A stretch of DNA of 62,538 bases, counting the filler, from Collodictyon triciliatum (Eukaryota), in the NCBI GenBank assembly GCA_043381765.1. It is 4 parts of 4 records of this genome, joined end to end, with 100 filler letters (N's around TTAATTAATTAA, not from the genome) between each part and the next. Parts side by side here need not be neighbours in the genome. Positions count along the whole stretch, not along the records: positions 1 to 21,485 come from JBHJMP010000527.1; positions 21,586 to 42,686 come from JBHJMP010000528.1; 2 more parts are not named here. One strand, written 5' to 3'. The stretch's first letter is position 1. Each line of letters starts with the position of its first letter. The position numbers were made by a program, and so were the translations under genes. Below are positions 12,423-41,096 of this stretch, in pieces. The notes beneath the pieces were generated by a model. That model saw only the letters and a list, made by a program, of their open reading frames with translations. It was not told where the DNA came from and did not search any database.

Positions 12423-15400
12423 TCATTCTTTCTTTCAAAAATGCATGTTTTATCTCCCCATGTCCTTGCAAAGCCCATATTATGTAACCTATCGAATATT
12501 TGGGATACTCTGCAGATTTCTAATAACCTGGATAAGGGTGAAAGTTTTCCCGTTGTCATAAAATCAGAAACAGGCGAGATTCTCCATCTACCATGCTTCT
12601 CTTTCGAAAGATAAAACACACTAGAGAATATGTCATGACATATCGAAGAAATCCACTAAATTCTTTTCTTGGTGTTCAAACCTTTTTTTTCATTTATATT
12701 TTCATTTTCATTTTCATTTGTTTTGTTAGGCGCCGGGAAATCTACTATCCTTGAGACAATTATGTCCTATTTATTCTCGACCAACGATTGTCATCATATC
12801 ATATACTTTCCTGCAAGAGAAACACACCCATATATTCAATTGCCAAGGTTGATAGCTCTTGATCTAAGTCTTTATATTTCACTATTACTCTTTTACCAGC
12901 TGTACTTACATGTATTGTTCAAGGTTATGCGAAAAAATTCTCGACGAAGCCCGTGTTCATGAGCAAATCGACGAGCATGGAAAAAGAATGCACAGTATGA
13001 TATTCCGGTTCTTTTCTATTCGAATATATCAGATTATATGGATGATTCAATTATATATATTCTCGACTAGGAAGGTATATTTATCAGAATGGGTTGGATG
13101 AAGTCCTTTTTTGGCTCAAGGAAACTTTGCCGTAGGAACAGAATAATAATAATGCTTGTGAGAAATAAGAAAAAGCAATTTTTCCGGTTTCTTATCGCCT
13201 TTGCAAGCTTTTTTAAAAATTAATCGTATCATCCTATCACGACAAACAGACGCAAAAGGATTCTCATCATAGTTGATGATTTTGAAACGATAAGAATAAA
13301 TGGAAGCTCACCAGCGTTTGACTCAAGTTGGATTCCACACTCCATTTCCACTAACATATCTCTAGTCTTAACAACATCAATGGCACAGATACCATCGGTA
13401 GGTCATTATATATTTTTAATTTTTTTTTTTTTTGTATGTTAGTACCACGGGGGATACTGCATGGTTTGTTTGAAAAAAAGAAAAAGAAAAGAAGAGCTGA
13501 TATATCAATCCATTCACCTCCACTATCATCGTCTAGTCTCTTGATTCGAGATGTCTCACACTCGTGTTGAAAAGACCGTCCGTTTCATCCCAGATGGATA
13601 TTATACAAAGATCAAAAATTTCGGTTTCGTCTCTTGCTCCAGCCTTTCTCCAATCGGTGTTAGAATGCGATGAAGATAGCGGTTTGCATATTAAAAACCG
13701 TTTGACTATTTTATGTATTACGCGAATATATTCAAATTATTCTCGAATCACACAAAAACTAGCATCTCAATTATTTATGTTGAATTTTTTTTTAATATTT
13801 GTCTCAGGCAATTTGCATTTCGTCGCCTCTTTGCCCTCTGTTCGTAGTCACTTTTCCCAAATTGAAAACTTGACTGGAGTCGATTCACTAAAAAACATGC
13901 ATATACTAGTAGTGGCTTGTCTGGAAACAAAATTTGGTAAATATAGCTTATGATTATCCAACGGGTATTTATCTGTGCTTTTTATCGTAAATTTCATCGT
14001 ACCAAAAACCTTTCATGTTTCGTTGCAGGGTTAGCCTTTACACACCGATGCTTGATGTTTCTGGCAATCTTACAAGTGAAGTTACTTGAATCACATATCC
14101 ACCAATTTATGTCTGCAGAACAAGAACACCTTCAAATCCAATTATGGTCTGATGAACCTTTCAGAAATTCATTATAATTTATATTTTTTCATTTATACTG
14201 AGATAGCATATTAGCTTATGACAAGTTAACTGTTTGTAATTTTTTTCTTTGGAATCACTTTATGTTTCATGTAGGATAAGCTTTGTTGATGAGCTATCAT
14301 GCTTGATAAAAAAGGACGACCAAAAGTATCAGCCGCAATAATCCGATCAATTGCTTATATTGAATCATACCCTTATTGTTCAAAATTATCCTGTTTCATG
14401 CATCTATTATTTCTATTTTACTTCACATATGATTTAACTTTCTTCATTTCTGTCAGTAAAATAACGCTTCGGTCAGGCACATTACGAAATGCTATTTTCC
14501 GTCGTTATTCAAACGCAAAACCTGAACAGGAGGATGAGATTTACCAGTCAATTATTTCATTCATGTCCTCTCTGAGTATCGAAAACGATAAAGAAATAGA
14601 GTATGCTCTTGAAACGTGTCGTCTAATGCGTATGAAAAAGGATTGGATGGGCCTTAAAATGTTTCTTGAGAAACCCTATGTAATTCATTTGATATTTTTG
14701 TGTAGCAATATAAAATTCTGGTATAATCCTTTTTTTTCTCTCATCCATTCATTTTTTTTTTAAAAAAATATAATAGTAATATCTATATTCTTGATTCAGG
14801 TTGCGAGATTATTTTGTATATTTAACATGGAAAATGAATACTGCTACCATGCCTCTTTACTGAAAAGTGTTTCAGATGCTTCTCTTGATTGGCCCGAGAG
14901 AATACTGATGGTTTTTTTCCAATTTTTTTCCACAAAAAAAGGAATTCAAAAGCATTGTAAATTTGTGTTTTAAAACTGATGTTTATCTTCAAATCATTTA
15001 GGAAAATTCTTCGTATCGTGTATATATCGCCAGACTTTGCATTCGTTGTAATTCCAAACAATTATCGCCTAGTGTATACAAAGAATTGATCAAGTCAACG
15101 CAAGGTCTTATAATATGTTCCACACGTATTTTTTTTTTTTTTTAATAAATGAAACCCTTTCTCAAAGATTCTGAAGTAGCAGCGTTGAAGATGATCAAAA
15201 TTCTACTTTCTTTTATTTTAGCTCCAGATAAAGATTGGCATGAAATCTATGATATTGGAGAAACACTGGCCTCAGCTTACCAGTATTTATCACTTGTATT
15301 TAACAATCAATACTAAATATACTTGAAGTTTAAGCAATTCATTGTCATAGATATGGAAAGTCATGTGCATTAATGAATAAATCATCGGCTCTTGTTGACG

Positions 15401-16540
15401 GATTGCAGGATGGGAAAATGAACAATATATCATTTGTGATTAAAATCAAAATATGTAAAATATTGCTGGAGAAGGGAAGGTTTGTTTGTTTGTTTATTCA
15501 TCTGTTATTATAAGATTTAACGCCCATAAGATAGCAAATGCGTGCTGAAGCTTTTTCATTTTTCTTCTCATTGCTTTTATGATACAGTTTTCAGGAAGCC
15601 TGTGACTGTTCTCTTGAAATCTTGTATTATTCTTTGAAGAGTTTCGGTAAAAGACATCCCAATTCGGTAGAGGCATATTTCACAAGCTGCTGTGCATTTA
15701 CAAGTTTGGGACAGTAGGCTTTATTTTCAGAAGATTAAATCAGTGCATAGTTAAAATTCGAATGTGAACGTAACAGAGAGAAACTCAAAGATATGACTCT
15801 GCGACGGCTATGGCACAGACCGGATTTGAGTTATCTCAGCAAGTATTTGGATTTTACTCCAAGATAACAGCAAAATTCCTCATCCAGAAGTCGGAAATCC
15901 TGATTCAGTCAAAATAGTAATATCAAATATAGCGAATTTGTAATGGACTTATGCTGTTGTATATGTATCATATTTCTTTTTGATGTGATAAACAACTGCT
16001 CATATTATGATAAATACACATGGTGCAGCATCGATGAGGCCATGGATTCCATTCGCCGGGCCGAATCGATTGTTTTAGAATTGCACCCCACTTATTCCAT
16101 TGATGTGGCTCTTGTTCGAAGGAAAGTAGCTAATGTGCTCAGGCTTCAAAGGAGGTCAGACACGATCACTATTACTATTACTATTGTTATTGTTATTGTT
16201 ATTGTTATTGTTATTGTTATTGTTATTGTTATTGTTATTGTTATTTTTATTTTATTTTATTTTTATTTTTATTTTTATTTTTATTACTATTGTAATTGTT
16301 ATTGTTATTTTTATTTTGCATACGTAACTACTTGTGCTTGCATCTGAATGAAGTCGTTCACATTTATTGATTCAGGCTCTTGTAACTAGATTTGAAGAGG
16401 CCAATGCAGTCTACACTTCCATATCACAAATATTAACATCCTCAGATGAGTGTAGAGTAGAGTATGCAGCTCGTCTATTCGTTGACTTAGGAATTCTATC
16501 GGAATCAAAAGAGATGTACATTTCTCTCTCTCTCTCTCTC

Positions 16541-16619
<79 letters not shown>

Positions 16620-19600
16620 NNNNNNNNNNNNNNNNNNNNNNNNNNNNNNNNNNNNNNNNNNNNNNNNNNNNNNNNNNNNNNNNNNNNNNNNNNNNNNNNN
16701 NNNNNNNNNNNNNNNNNNNTTTTTTACTAAGGAATTTTTTGGGAATAAAAGAGTTTTTTCTCTCTTTTTCCCTCTTTCCCTTTTTTTTTTTTTTTTTTTG
16801 AATTTCATCTAATCTTTCGTCTGAAACTTCCATCATGTTCTTCACTGAATAATAGCGATTGCATTTTACGTAGTCATTCAATTCGATTTTTTGAAGCTAT
16901 ATCCAAAATTCTGCATTTCTTTGAATCACTTGAACTATTCCATAACAATATATTAGGAATGAAGTAGCAGAAGGATACTACATAAAGTCATCTGGTTTAT
17001 ATGATTCATTACCTTACAAAAATATTATTGGGATATCTCGAGTCACATTCTGTTTGATGGACTTGCTTTGGAAATCTGACAGGTATGCACCCATTGTATT
17101 TGATTATTGTGTTTCCCAACAAAGCATAAAATAAGCATCAACAAAATAGTTCGGATGAGAACTCCCAACCAAAACTGCATATGATTTCAGCCACTCAATT
17201 TTATATGCTTTTTTTTTTTGAAAATTAATAACAGAAAAGATGAGTCTATGCCTTTGTTGATAAAACTAAGCGCCCTCCCGTTTCGGTGCGTTAATGAATT
17301 AATCCTGGTAAGAGGCCGTTTGAGTGAACTTGGCCACCAGATGGATGAAGTGGAGAGGTTTTGACAAAGCTCGTTATAATACTGCCCTTTTCTTTTTTTT
17401 CTTTTTCTCTGTGCCAAAAATTAAGCTGATGGGCGATAACTTTTTTTTTAATTTTATTTCACTCCATGCTCGTCATACAGAAATGACGATGCAATCAGAT
17501 GCTTCTTCGCTGCTTACAAAGTAGTTGATGTATATCCTGGAGCAGAAAGTGCAACTTCAGTCGATATACTGGTTGACATAGCAAGTATCTACAGTAAGAT
17601 GAAGTGGTATGCACGATTTTTCATTTCTTGACTTCTTTTTCACGCACTGCAATTATTATTTTTATTTTTATTTTATTATTATTATTATTTTTATTATTTT
17701 ATTTTATTGTTGATAAAATAGACCTAGACATAATTATATCATAAAGAGAGACATTGTTGGTGCAACGAATCATGACTAGTATTCTTTGTCTTCTATCACC
17801 AAAATATTTCATCAAGTTACGCGGAGGCATACACCTATCTACAAAATGCAAAAAGAATTCAAGCCAAGGTATATGGAGAACATCATTTGAATGTTGCCAC
17901 AACTTATCGTTCTTTGGCCGCACTTGATGAAGAAATAGGAAGGTTTGATGTTATTCTGCGTAGCCAGACTGTTTTCCATCATCACAATTTCATGAAAGAT
18001 TGCACTCGTTTGTTATATAGCTCAATTATCATGACGAAAACAATCGTTTCTTTTTTCTTTCGAAAAATTCAGTTTTGTCCTTAATTCATATGTTGTGCAT
18101 GTTTTTTTTTTAAAATATACCTTGCAGGACTGATTCTGCAATTTGCAATTTGAGTCTCAGCTTACAAATAGAGCTTCGGGAAACAGAGCAGAATGTCCTG
18201 GAGATTGCTATTCTTTATTTAAAGCTGGGAGAATTGAACGAATCTCTACATAGGTATGCAACCCAAACCAAAACATACCATTTTCTCATTTCCTTCATCC
18301 AGTGAAGATTTGAATCAATGAGTGAGTTCAAACAGAACTCGATGAGGAGTTTTACAATTTTTCTGTAATCATTCTTCTTTTGAAATGAAAGAGAGCGACC
18401 TAAACATAAACTTTATTAGGACAGAAATATCATTGGACTACTATCAGCAAGCGTTTCGCTACTATCAGAAAATCCCTCAAGAGCATCACCAGACAATCGA
18501 GCGAATTAAGAAGAAAATCGAGGGACTGTGCTCGTTCCTTAGAGAGTGAGTCATTTTTCATAACCATATATACTCTATCAGCCCTCTTGAGTTCTTTTCT
18601 GGATTAACAGTCGCCCAAAACCTCAATTAGATTTTGTACTCACCATATTTTGCTTTATTGTTACAAGAAACTTGCTGAATGTATGCAGAACGATGCCATC
18701 AAAAACAGCATCTGCAGCACCCATCCTCAGCACAGCCTATAATATAAAGGAAATTCAGGACTATGCAGAGCAGCTGGAAACGGGAAAACGGTGAATTAAT
18801 GAGAAATATATCTTTACCTCTTTAATGATGATATTCACAAGACATGAAGGCACTGTCGTCTTCTATCCATTTCTGTCTGGAGTCTATAAGAACACATTTG
18901 TTTGTAGTGATCGGATAGGCTTCCAANNNNNNNNNNNNNNNNNNNNNNNNNNNNNNNNNNNNNNNNNNNNNNNNNNNNNNNNNNNNNNNNNNNNNNNNNN
19001 NNNNNNNNNNNNNNNNNNNNNNNNNNNNNNNNNNNNNNNNNNNNNNNNNNNNNNNNNNNNNNNNNNNNNNNNNNNNNNNNNNNNNNNNNNNNNNNNNNNN
19101 NNNNNNNNNNNNNNNNNNNNNNNNNNNNNNNNNNNNNNNNNNNNNNNNNNNNNNNNNNNNNNNNNNNNNNNNNNNNNNNNNNNNNNNNNNNNNNNNNNNN
19201 NNNNNNNNNNNNNNNNNNNNNNNNNNNNNNNNNNNNNNNNNNNNNNNNNNNNNNNNNNNNNNNNNNNNNNNNNNNNNNNNNNNNNNNNNNNNNNNNNNNN
19301 NNNNNNNNNNNNNNNNNNNNNNNNNNNNNNNNNNNNNNNNNNNNNNNNNNNNNNNNNNNNNNNNNNNNNNNNNNNNNNNNNNNNNNNNNNNNNNNNNNNN
19401 NNNNNNNNNNNNNNNNNNNNNNNNNNNNNNNNNNNNNNNNNNNNNNNNNNNNNNNNNNNNNGCATGGTCTACAGAAAGATGAAAAGGTATTCATGCACGC
19501 AAGGAACAAGAACAGGCATCCAGCAGCTAACATATGGATTTTTTTTTTTACTTATAAAATCCTTCTTTACTTATCCCTTCAAGAATTCAAAATCGCTTGT

Positions 19601-20096
19601 TCGACTACCTTCGAAGCGCATATATGTCAAATACCAAATACTATTTCTTTAAAAAAAAAATATGGACACACATTGATATCGAAAGTAGTCTCCTTTAATT
19701 CCTTGCTCCCTGTAGCAAATCCCACGTCCCTTCTCATAAATGAGGACGCAACACACTTATATCTATTAAACCGCTTGTCTCTGCGTGTTGCATGTTTTCC
19801 TTCCTTCCTTTTTTCTTCTTCTATTGACGCAACATATTTATCCTAGATTTGAAGACGCGCTCAAGATGCTGGGCCTGTCACTGCAAATCATGAAGGGAAA
19901 CCGACAGGCTAGTCGCGAGGATACGGAAAAGCTGCGGCACAACATTGAGCAGGTCCGTTTGGAGGCCAGTCAAACACAGCCACAGCCTCCGGGACTGAGT
20001 CCGCTCGGGTCTCCGCACACGCAACAAACCCTCCGCAACAACGATGCAGAGGCGGACGGCAAAGTCAATAGTCGCACCTGCTGCTGCATCTCTTGA
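11017..20096 (+). CDS. Multi-exon P-loop NTPase (NACHT/STAND-like) plus TPR-repeat protein (nephrocystin-3-like architecture) with a C-terminal CaaX box
   Basis: DFVNRTE pre-P-loop motif, Walker A VVIKSETG|AGKST, Walker B RILIIVDDFE, SWIP..SLVLTT. Then kinesin-light-chain-type TPRs (e.g. KVYGEHHLNVATTYRSLAAL, FGKRHPNSVEAY). Ends ..NSRTCCCIS*. Two N-gaps inside. Confidence 0.8.
12056..12436. repeat. Compound intronic microsatellites (AAAAT)n-(ACAAT)n and (TTTC)n flanking a small exon
   Basis: Directly visible arrays either side of the exon at 12250-12309. Confidence 0.95.
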
Positions 20097-20309
20097 GGAC
20101 GAGGCCAGCCCGTTTCGAGTTTAGGGGAAATAAGGGAATAAAGCATAAAGAGAAAATAAAAGAAAAGAAAATAATAAAATAAAATATGATAAAATAAAAT
20201 AAAATAGAAGAAAAAGAGAAGAAATGTAAAGAAAATAAAAAGAGGAGATTTATGAAAGGTGAACTAAGAAGGAATGTCTCTGGTGCATCTTTATGAAACA
20301 TAGGTTGGT

Positions 20310-20794
20310 CTACTTGGACTCCTCCGATGCCGTGTCCTTATTCACATCCTTGAAGAGTTGCTGCATGATCATCCGATTCTGCTCCTGGATGGCCTTGAGA
20401 TCGGCGGGCTTCTCTGCCATGGCCTTGTCCTATTCACAACGAATCCCACTGAGTGTGATGCAACAAGCACTATGCAAGGCCCCAAGCGCCTTTTCTGTTC
20501 TCCAAGAAAAAAGCAGCGGTAAAAAAAAAAAAAAAAAAAAGCATGGATCCAAGAGTCGAAGACACGGCCAAAGAACACAAAGCAGCTCACGTGGATCGTC
20601 TTTGTGACGCTCTCCTGCGAGTACGACTCAGAGACTTTCCACAGAATGTATCCTCCCACGACCCACGGCATACTGAAGCGCATTGCGTTCCGCAGATATC
20701 TCCGGTAGTTTCCACCGGCCGAAAAGCCCGATCCTGCGGCCGAAGGCGCGTGCGGATCGCCGTTTGTGCTCGGCGGTGTGTTTGGTTCGGCCAT
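20310..20794 (-). CDS. Small (~107 aa) single-TM protein, 2 exons (20794-20591, 20429-20310)
   Basis: MAEPNTPP..YRRYLRNAMRFSMPWVVGGYILWKVSESYSQESVTKTIH|DKAMAEKPADLKAIQEQNRMIMQQLFKDVNKDTASEESK*. GTGAG donor, TAG acceptor, GC-rich codons. Confidence 0.65.
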
Positions 20795-21138
20795 CCTTGC
20801 GTTTTCTGGCGTGTTTGTCTTGTCGGCTGCGGCCAACGGGCTCCGGTTGTGTGGCTGAGTCGGCGGGGTCTCTGCGTGCGAGTGTTTGTGTTTATGTTTC
20901 GCCAAGGCGAGCGTGGGTTGTGTGGGCTTTCTTCTTTGCTCTGCAGCAAGTCCGTTGCTTTCGCACACAAGAAATAAGAATAATCTTAAAAAAAGAAAAA
21001 AGAAAAAGATAAAAAAAAATAAAAGGAAACACGCTAGAGGCAGGGTCAATGTTGTTGTTTCTTCGCTTGCGGAGGTCTGCGCTCGCTGTGAAGAAATACA
21101 CGACAGACGCGACCGACAGTGCCGGACTCGTGAAAAGG

Positions 21139-22256
<1,118 letters not shown>

Positions 22257-22813
22257 ATCGGCCATGGCTGCTTTGAGACGGGCTCAAGAACCTCGCAAAG
22301 GCTGTCTTGGGAAAAGCGCTCCCCGCCGATTTCCGATCGTAAACACTTGACACAACAGCAGCAGAAGCAGAGATTAAAAAAAAAAGACAATATGCCAGAA
22401 AAGGAGATTATTATACGGCACATAATTAATCATATAATATATACTGTGTATTAAATACAGTATAAAATATTTATCCAGAATTGGAAGATAAGCAGCTGTT
22501 GCGTTTTTTACTTTTTTTTTTTAAAAGATTTCCTTCCAGCAGAAAGCGCCACGCTCAAGTTTCCTTCGCTCATTGTGATCTGTTTCACTCCGTTCGTCGG
22601 GGAGTCTGAAACAACCGCTGCTAAGAGGAAGAAAGAAATAAAAGAAGAAAGAGACTTAGTCGAAACCCAACCTATCCGATATTTGGAACTCCCACGTCAT
22701 TTCTCTCACCGGCAAACTCTTTCTTCAAAGGTCAGAAACAGAGCGACTCTTTCCCTCTTCCCCTTGTCTTTCCTTTTCTTTCTTTCTTTTTCTTGGGTCG
22801 GGAGAGACTCTCC

Positions 22814-37321
<14,508 letters not shown>

Positions 37322-38110
37322 NNNNNNNNNNNNNNNNNNNNNNNNNNNNNNNNNNNNNNNNNNNNNNNNNNNNNNNNNNNNNNNNNNNNNNNNNNNNNNN
37401 NNNNNNNNNNNNNNNNNNNNNNNNNNNNNNNNNNNNNNNNNNNNNNNNNNNNNNNNNNNNNNNNNNNNNNNNNNNNNNNNNNNNNNNNNNNNNNNNNNNN
37501 NNNNNNNNNNNNNNNNNNNNNNNNNNNNNNNNNNNNNNNNNNNNNNNNNNNNNNNNNNNNNNNNNNNNNNNNNNNNNNNNNNNNNNNNNNNNNNNNNNNN
37601 NNNNNNNNNNNNNNNNNNNNNNNNNNNNNNNNNNNNNNNNNNNNNNNNNNNNNNNNNNNNNNNNNNNNNNNNNNNNNNNNNNNNNNNNNNNNNNNNNNNN
37701 NNNNNNNNNNNNNNNNNNNNNNNNNNNNNNNNNNNNNNNNNNNNNNNNNNNNNNNNNNNNNNNNNNNNNNNNNNNNNNNNNNNNNNNNNNNNNNNNNNNN
37801 NNNNNNNNNNNNNNNNNNNNNNNNNNNNNNNNNNNNNNNNNNNNNNNNNNNNNNNNNNNNNNNNNGGGTTGGAATCCTGATTAACTATGACCTGTGATCT
37901 TATGTATCATCATGATATTATTATATATGATAATTTAGTATATTTGACTCATTCAAGTAATTAATATGATAATAAATTATACAATGCAACATATTCCACA
38001 ATTAGACAAGCAACGAGCGACAAAAACCCTGATTCAAAGCTTCGCAGGTGTGTGCGCTTTACTTCAGTTCAAAACTGAATAACGAACCCACAGGAAAGCT
38101 GGCAGGAGAG

Positions 38111-40600
38111 ATGCAGACAGGCCCGAGAATCGCACACCCGATCGCTCCAAAGCTTGGGTAAAGTTGGCTCAATTAAGGCCTTGTTTTTTTGCCTCAACAT
38201 AGTCGAAGCCACGACCAGGCACTTCCTCTTTCACGAAAACAGCTCATTTTCGTGTGCTCTTGTATTATTATTATTATTATTATTATCGTCATTATCATCA
38301 TTATCATTATCATTATCATTATCATTATCATTATCATTATCATTATCATTATCATTATCATTATCATTATCATTATCATTATCATTATCATTATTGTTAT
38401 TGTTATTATTGTTATTTTAAGAGGCTCTTATTTTTGCAACGCGACTTGTTCCTATCGAGTCGCATGAAGAAACCTGGATAAAACGAGCATTGTTTTGAGT
38501 CTCTTATTTTCTTTTTATATTTTGTTTTGGACATGTAAATATTTGGATATGTGCCCAGTGTCGTCGCTTCAAAAACTGCGAGGAAAGCAGACATGCTGGT
38601 TTCTTAGGGGATCATACATTATGTCACAGGTTCAACTTCTCGTCGCCACCTTATCTCGAGTATCTCTACCCTCCCCCATCTGAAGCAATTCTGGCCAACA
38701 TCCGCAATGCCCTTGTTTCTGTTCCAAGGTTCTACACACAGGTTTTGCTCTTTGTTTTCTCCTTGCCGCTAGTTGATGTAAAAAAAAAGAAGAAAAAGAA
38801 AAAAAAGTCAATTTAAAAGAAACCTTTGATGCTTGCAAAGTATATGCTGTCTATCAGAATAATACAGTTTTGTACATATATCAGCGATATAAACTTTTTT
38901 TTGTCATAACAAAGAGGAAATCTAATGTACAATCATACAGAAAGCAAATATGTGGTGGAGATGGGAAATATCTCACTTAAAATACGGTAGGTGTTGCACC
39001 TAATGAATAAGATGAACATGCCTCCACCTTTTGGTCCTGAGACTGCAAAGCTTGGAATAGTCTGTTGCATTACAAAGCACATCCAAGGGTTATCCCTTTT
39101 AAGAATATTATATCAGAATGGAACTCTGACTGTAAAATACTTCATATATACATTTTAAAAAACTTTTGATGTAGCAAAAATAACTATGAATGGAAATATT
39201 AGGAGGCTTATTTGAAATCTAGAAAGAGGAAAAAAGACGAGCTTTTGTCCAGTGATGAGTCGGAGATATCAGAGTCTGATGACGAGCCAATTTTGAAGAA
39301 AAAGGATAACGATATCTCATCGAAACAAACAAAGTCATCAGTGGCACATCAGTCCTCGCTGCGGAAAGATTCAAAATTTGATTCACAGCCACCAAAAATG
39401 GTGATAAGGATCGGGCAAGCACATTTGTCAAATAATCACAAAGGGAATGACAAAAAGGACATGCATGACCTAGAAGCTGAGGCGAAACAAATTGAAATAC
39501 CTCGAATCGAGAGAGGTGAGGATTTCTCTTCAGATAGACAAACCTTACACAATCCTACTAGAAGCTCATACGAGAAAGAGGGCAGTTTAGCTTACGAGGA
39601 TATTTCAAAATACCCTGTCGCTGGTCAGAACATCGAGTCTGCTGATTCATATGCACCATTGAAAAAAGAAGACCCATCCCTGACTCGAAATGTCATATCT
39701 GCCTTAAAACTCCAGCAAGGTCGTCTTTCTCCAGAAGGTAATACTATATTCTCTCGGATTTCTCTAGAGCCATATTTCTTTTGTATAATATTTATCACTA
39801 ACCATTCTTTCATGAGTATTTATTCCATGATGACTTTTTTTTTTTGGTGGTGATAATGCCATTTTAAGCTAAATATATTCTGAAACATCTTAATCTCTTA
39901 AAAGGAATGGCTCAACAGGCTGTTTTTAAAAAGTATTCACCGGGAGTTCCCTCCAATGTTTTGTACATCAAGAACTTAAATCATAAAGTTGTCACAGAGC
40001 AAGATTTATTGTTTCTTTTGGGGAGATACTTTGACTCTGATGAGGAAGCAAGAGAGTAAATTTCTACTATTCATATCGATTTGACGAGATAAATAGCTAT
40101 TGATGAATCATATAATTCTTCTCACAATTCAAAATATTTTATTAAACTCTATCAATTAAAAAGGAATATAAATGTTCGTGCTCATATCCCATATTACCAA
40201 ATAACAGACGAATGCAGATTAAACTAATGGTGGAAGGAAAGCTAAAAGGTCAAGCATTTGTCACATTGCCATCAACACACTTGGCCACACAAATACTCCA
40301 AGAAGTCCATGGCTATATCCTCCATGAAAAGCCGATGATTATTGTAACATTCTTATCTTGCATTAGGTTAAATAAAGTGAAAAATTGGATATAGCTAATG
40401 TTATTTTAAAAAAATAATAACATAATAATCTATTAAATGGTATTTTCTAAGAGGAAAAATTGAACAGAAGAATAAAGTACAAAATAATACTCGAAAAGAA
40501 AACCAACACAGCGCAAATCAAACTATTATATAATATCGGTTACAACAAAACATTACAGGCATTCAGCCGACGTCCTGGTGATTCAAAAGACGAGCTCTAG
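38111..40600 (+). CDS. RNPC3: U11/U12 snRNP 65 kDa protein (RNPC3-like), a minor spliceosome component
   Basis: PIAPKLG|FNFSSPPYLEYLYPPPSEAILANIRNALVSVPRFYTQ|VLHLMNKMNMPPPFGP (65K signature), SSDESEISESD, and the C-terminal RRM FKKYSPGVPSNVLYIKNL..|..KGQAFVTLP..VHGYILHEKPMII|AFSRR..DEL*. The start is tentative. Confidence 0.9.
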
Positions 40601-41096
40601 CAACGTTTTTGTCCTGTCTTGTCTCGCAGTGAGGATTTTACCTCAAAGTCATACATGCGCCTTTGAGAACGTCATAGCTTTTTTTCACTCTCTTTGTTTA
40701 TCCTCTTTGGCTGATGGCTTCCAACAGAAAAATATACATAAAAGCAAGCAAACAAGCAATAAAACAAAGAAGGGTAGATTTCATAAAAAATAATGGACAA
40801 ATAATAAAATCATGAATGATAGACTTCATAAAATAAATAAACTACCAATATAATAAACAATTATAGATCTTATAAAAATAAACAAAGATCATAAATAAGC
40901 GCTTAAGTAAATAATAAACCATATAAAAAAGAAACCGAGACTCTCCTATTACAACTTGAACAGTATGTATCCGGGAGTTACATCGATCCATCTTACGCAT
41001 ATTAAACAGCACTTGGACTATAACCCTATGAATACCTAAGTACAAACAAACAAAACAAACAAAACAAACACGGATTCAGCAGGAATGGCTTTAGGT

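Noticed and set aside
12021-12619. ORFs with YCIVL, FFLS or ERKK repeats, and similar poly-residue or X-filled ORFs elsewhere
   Set aside because: Translations of microsatellites or N-gaps.
37866-38160. Fusion of the ARM gene with RNPC3
   Set aside because: It cannot be assessed across the N-gap, and two adjacent genes is the simpler reading.
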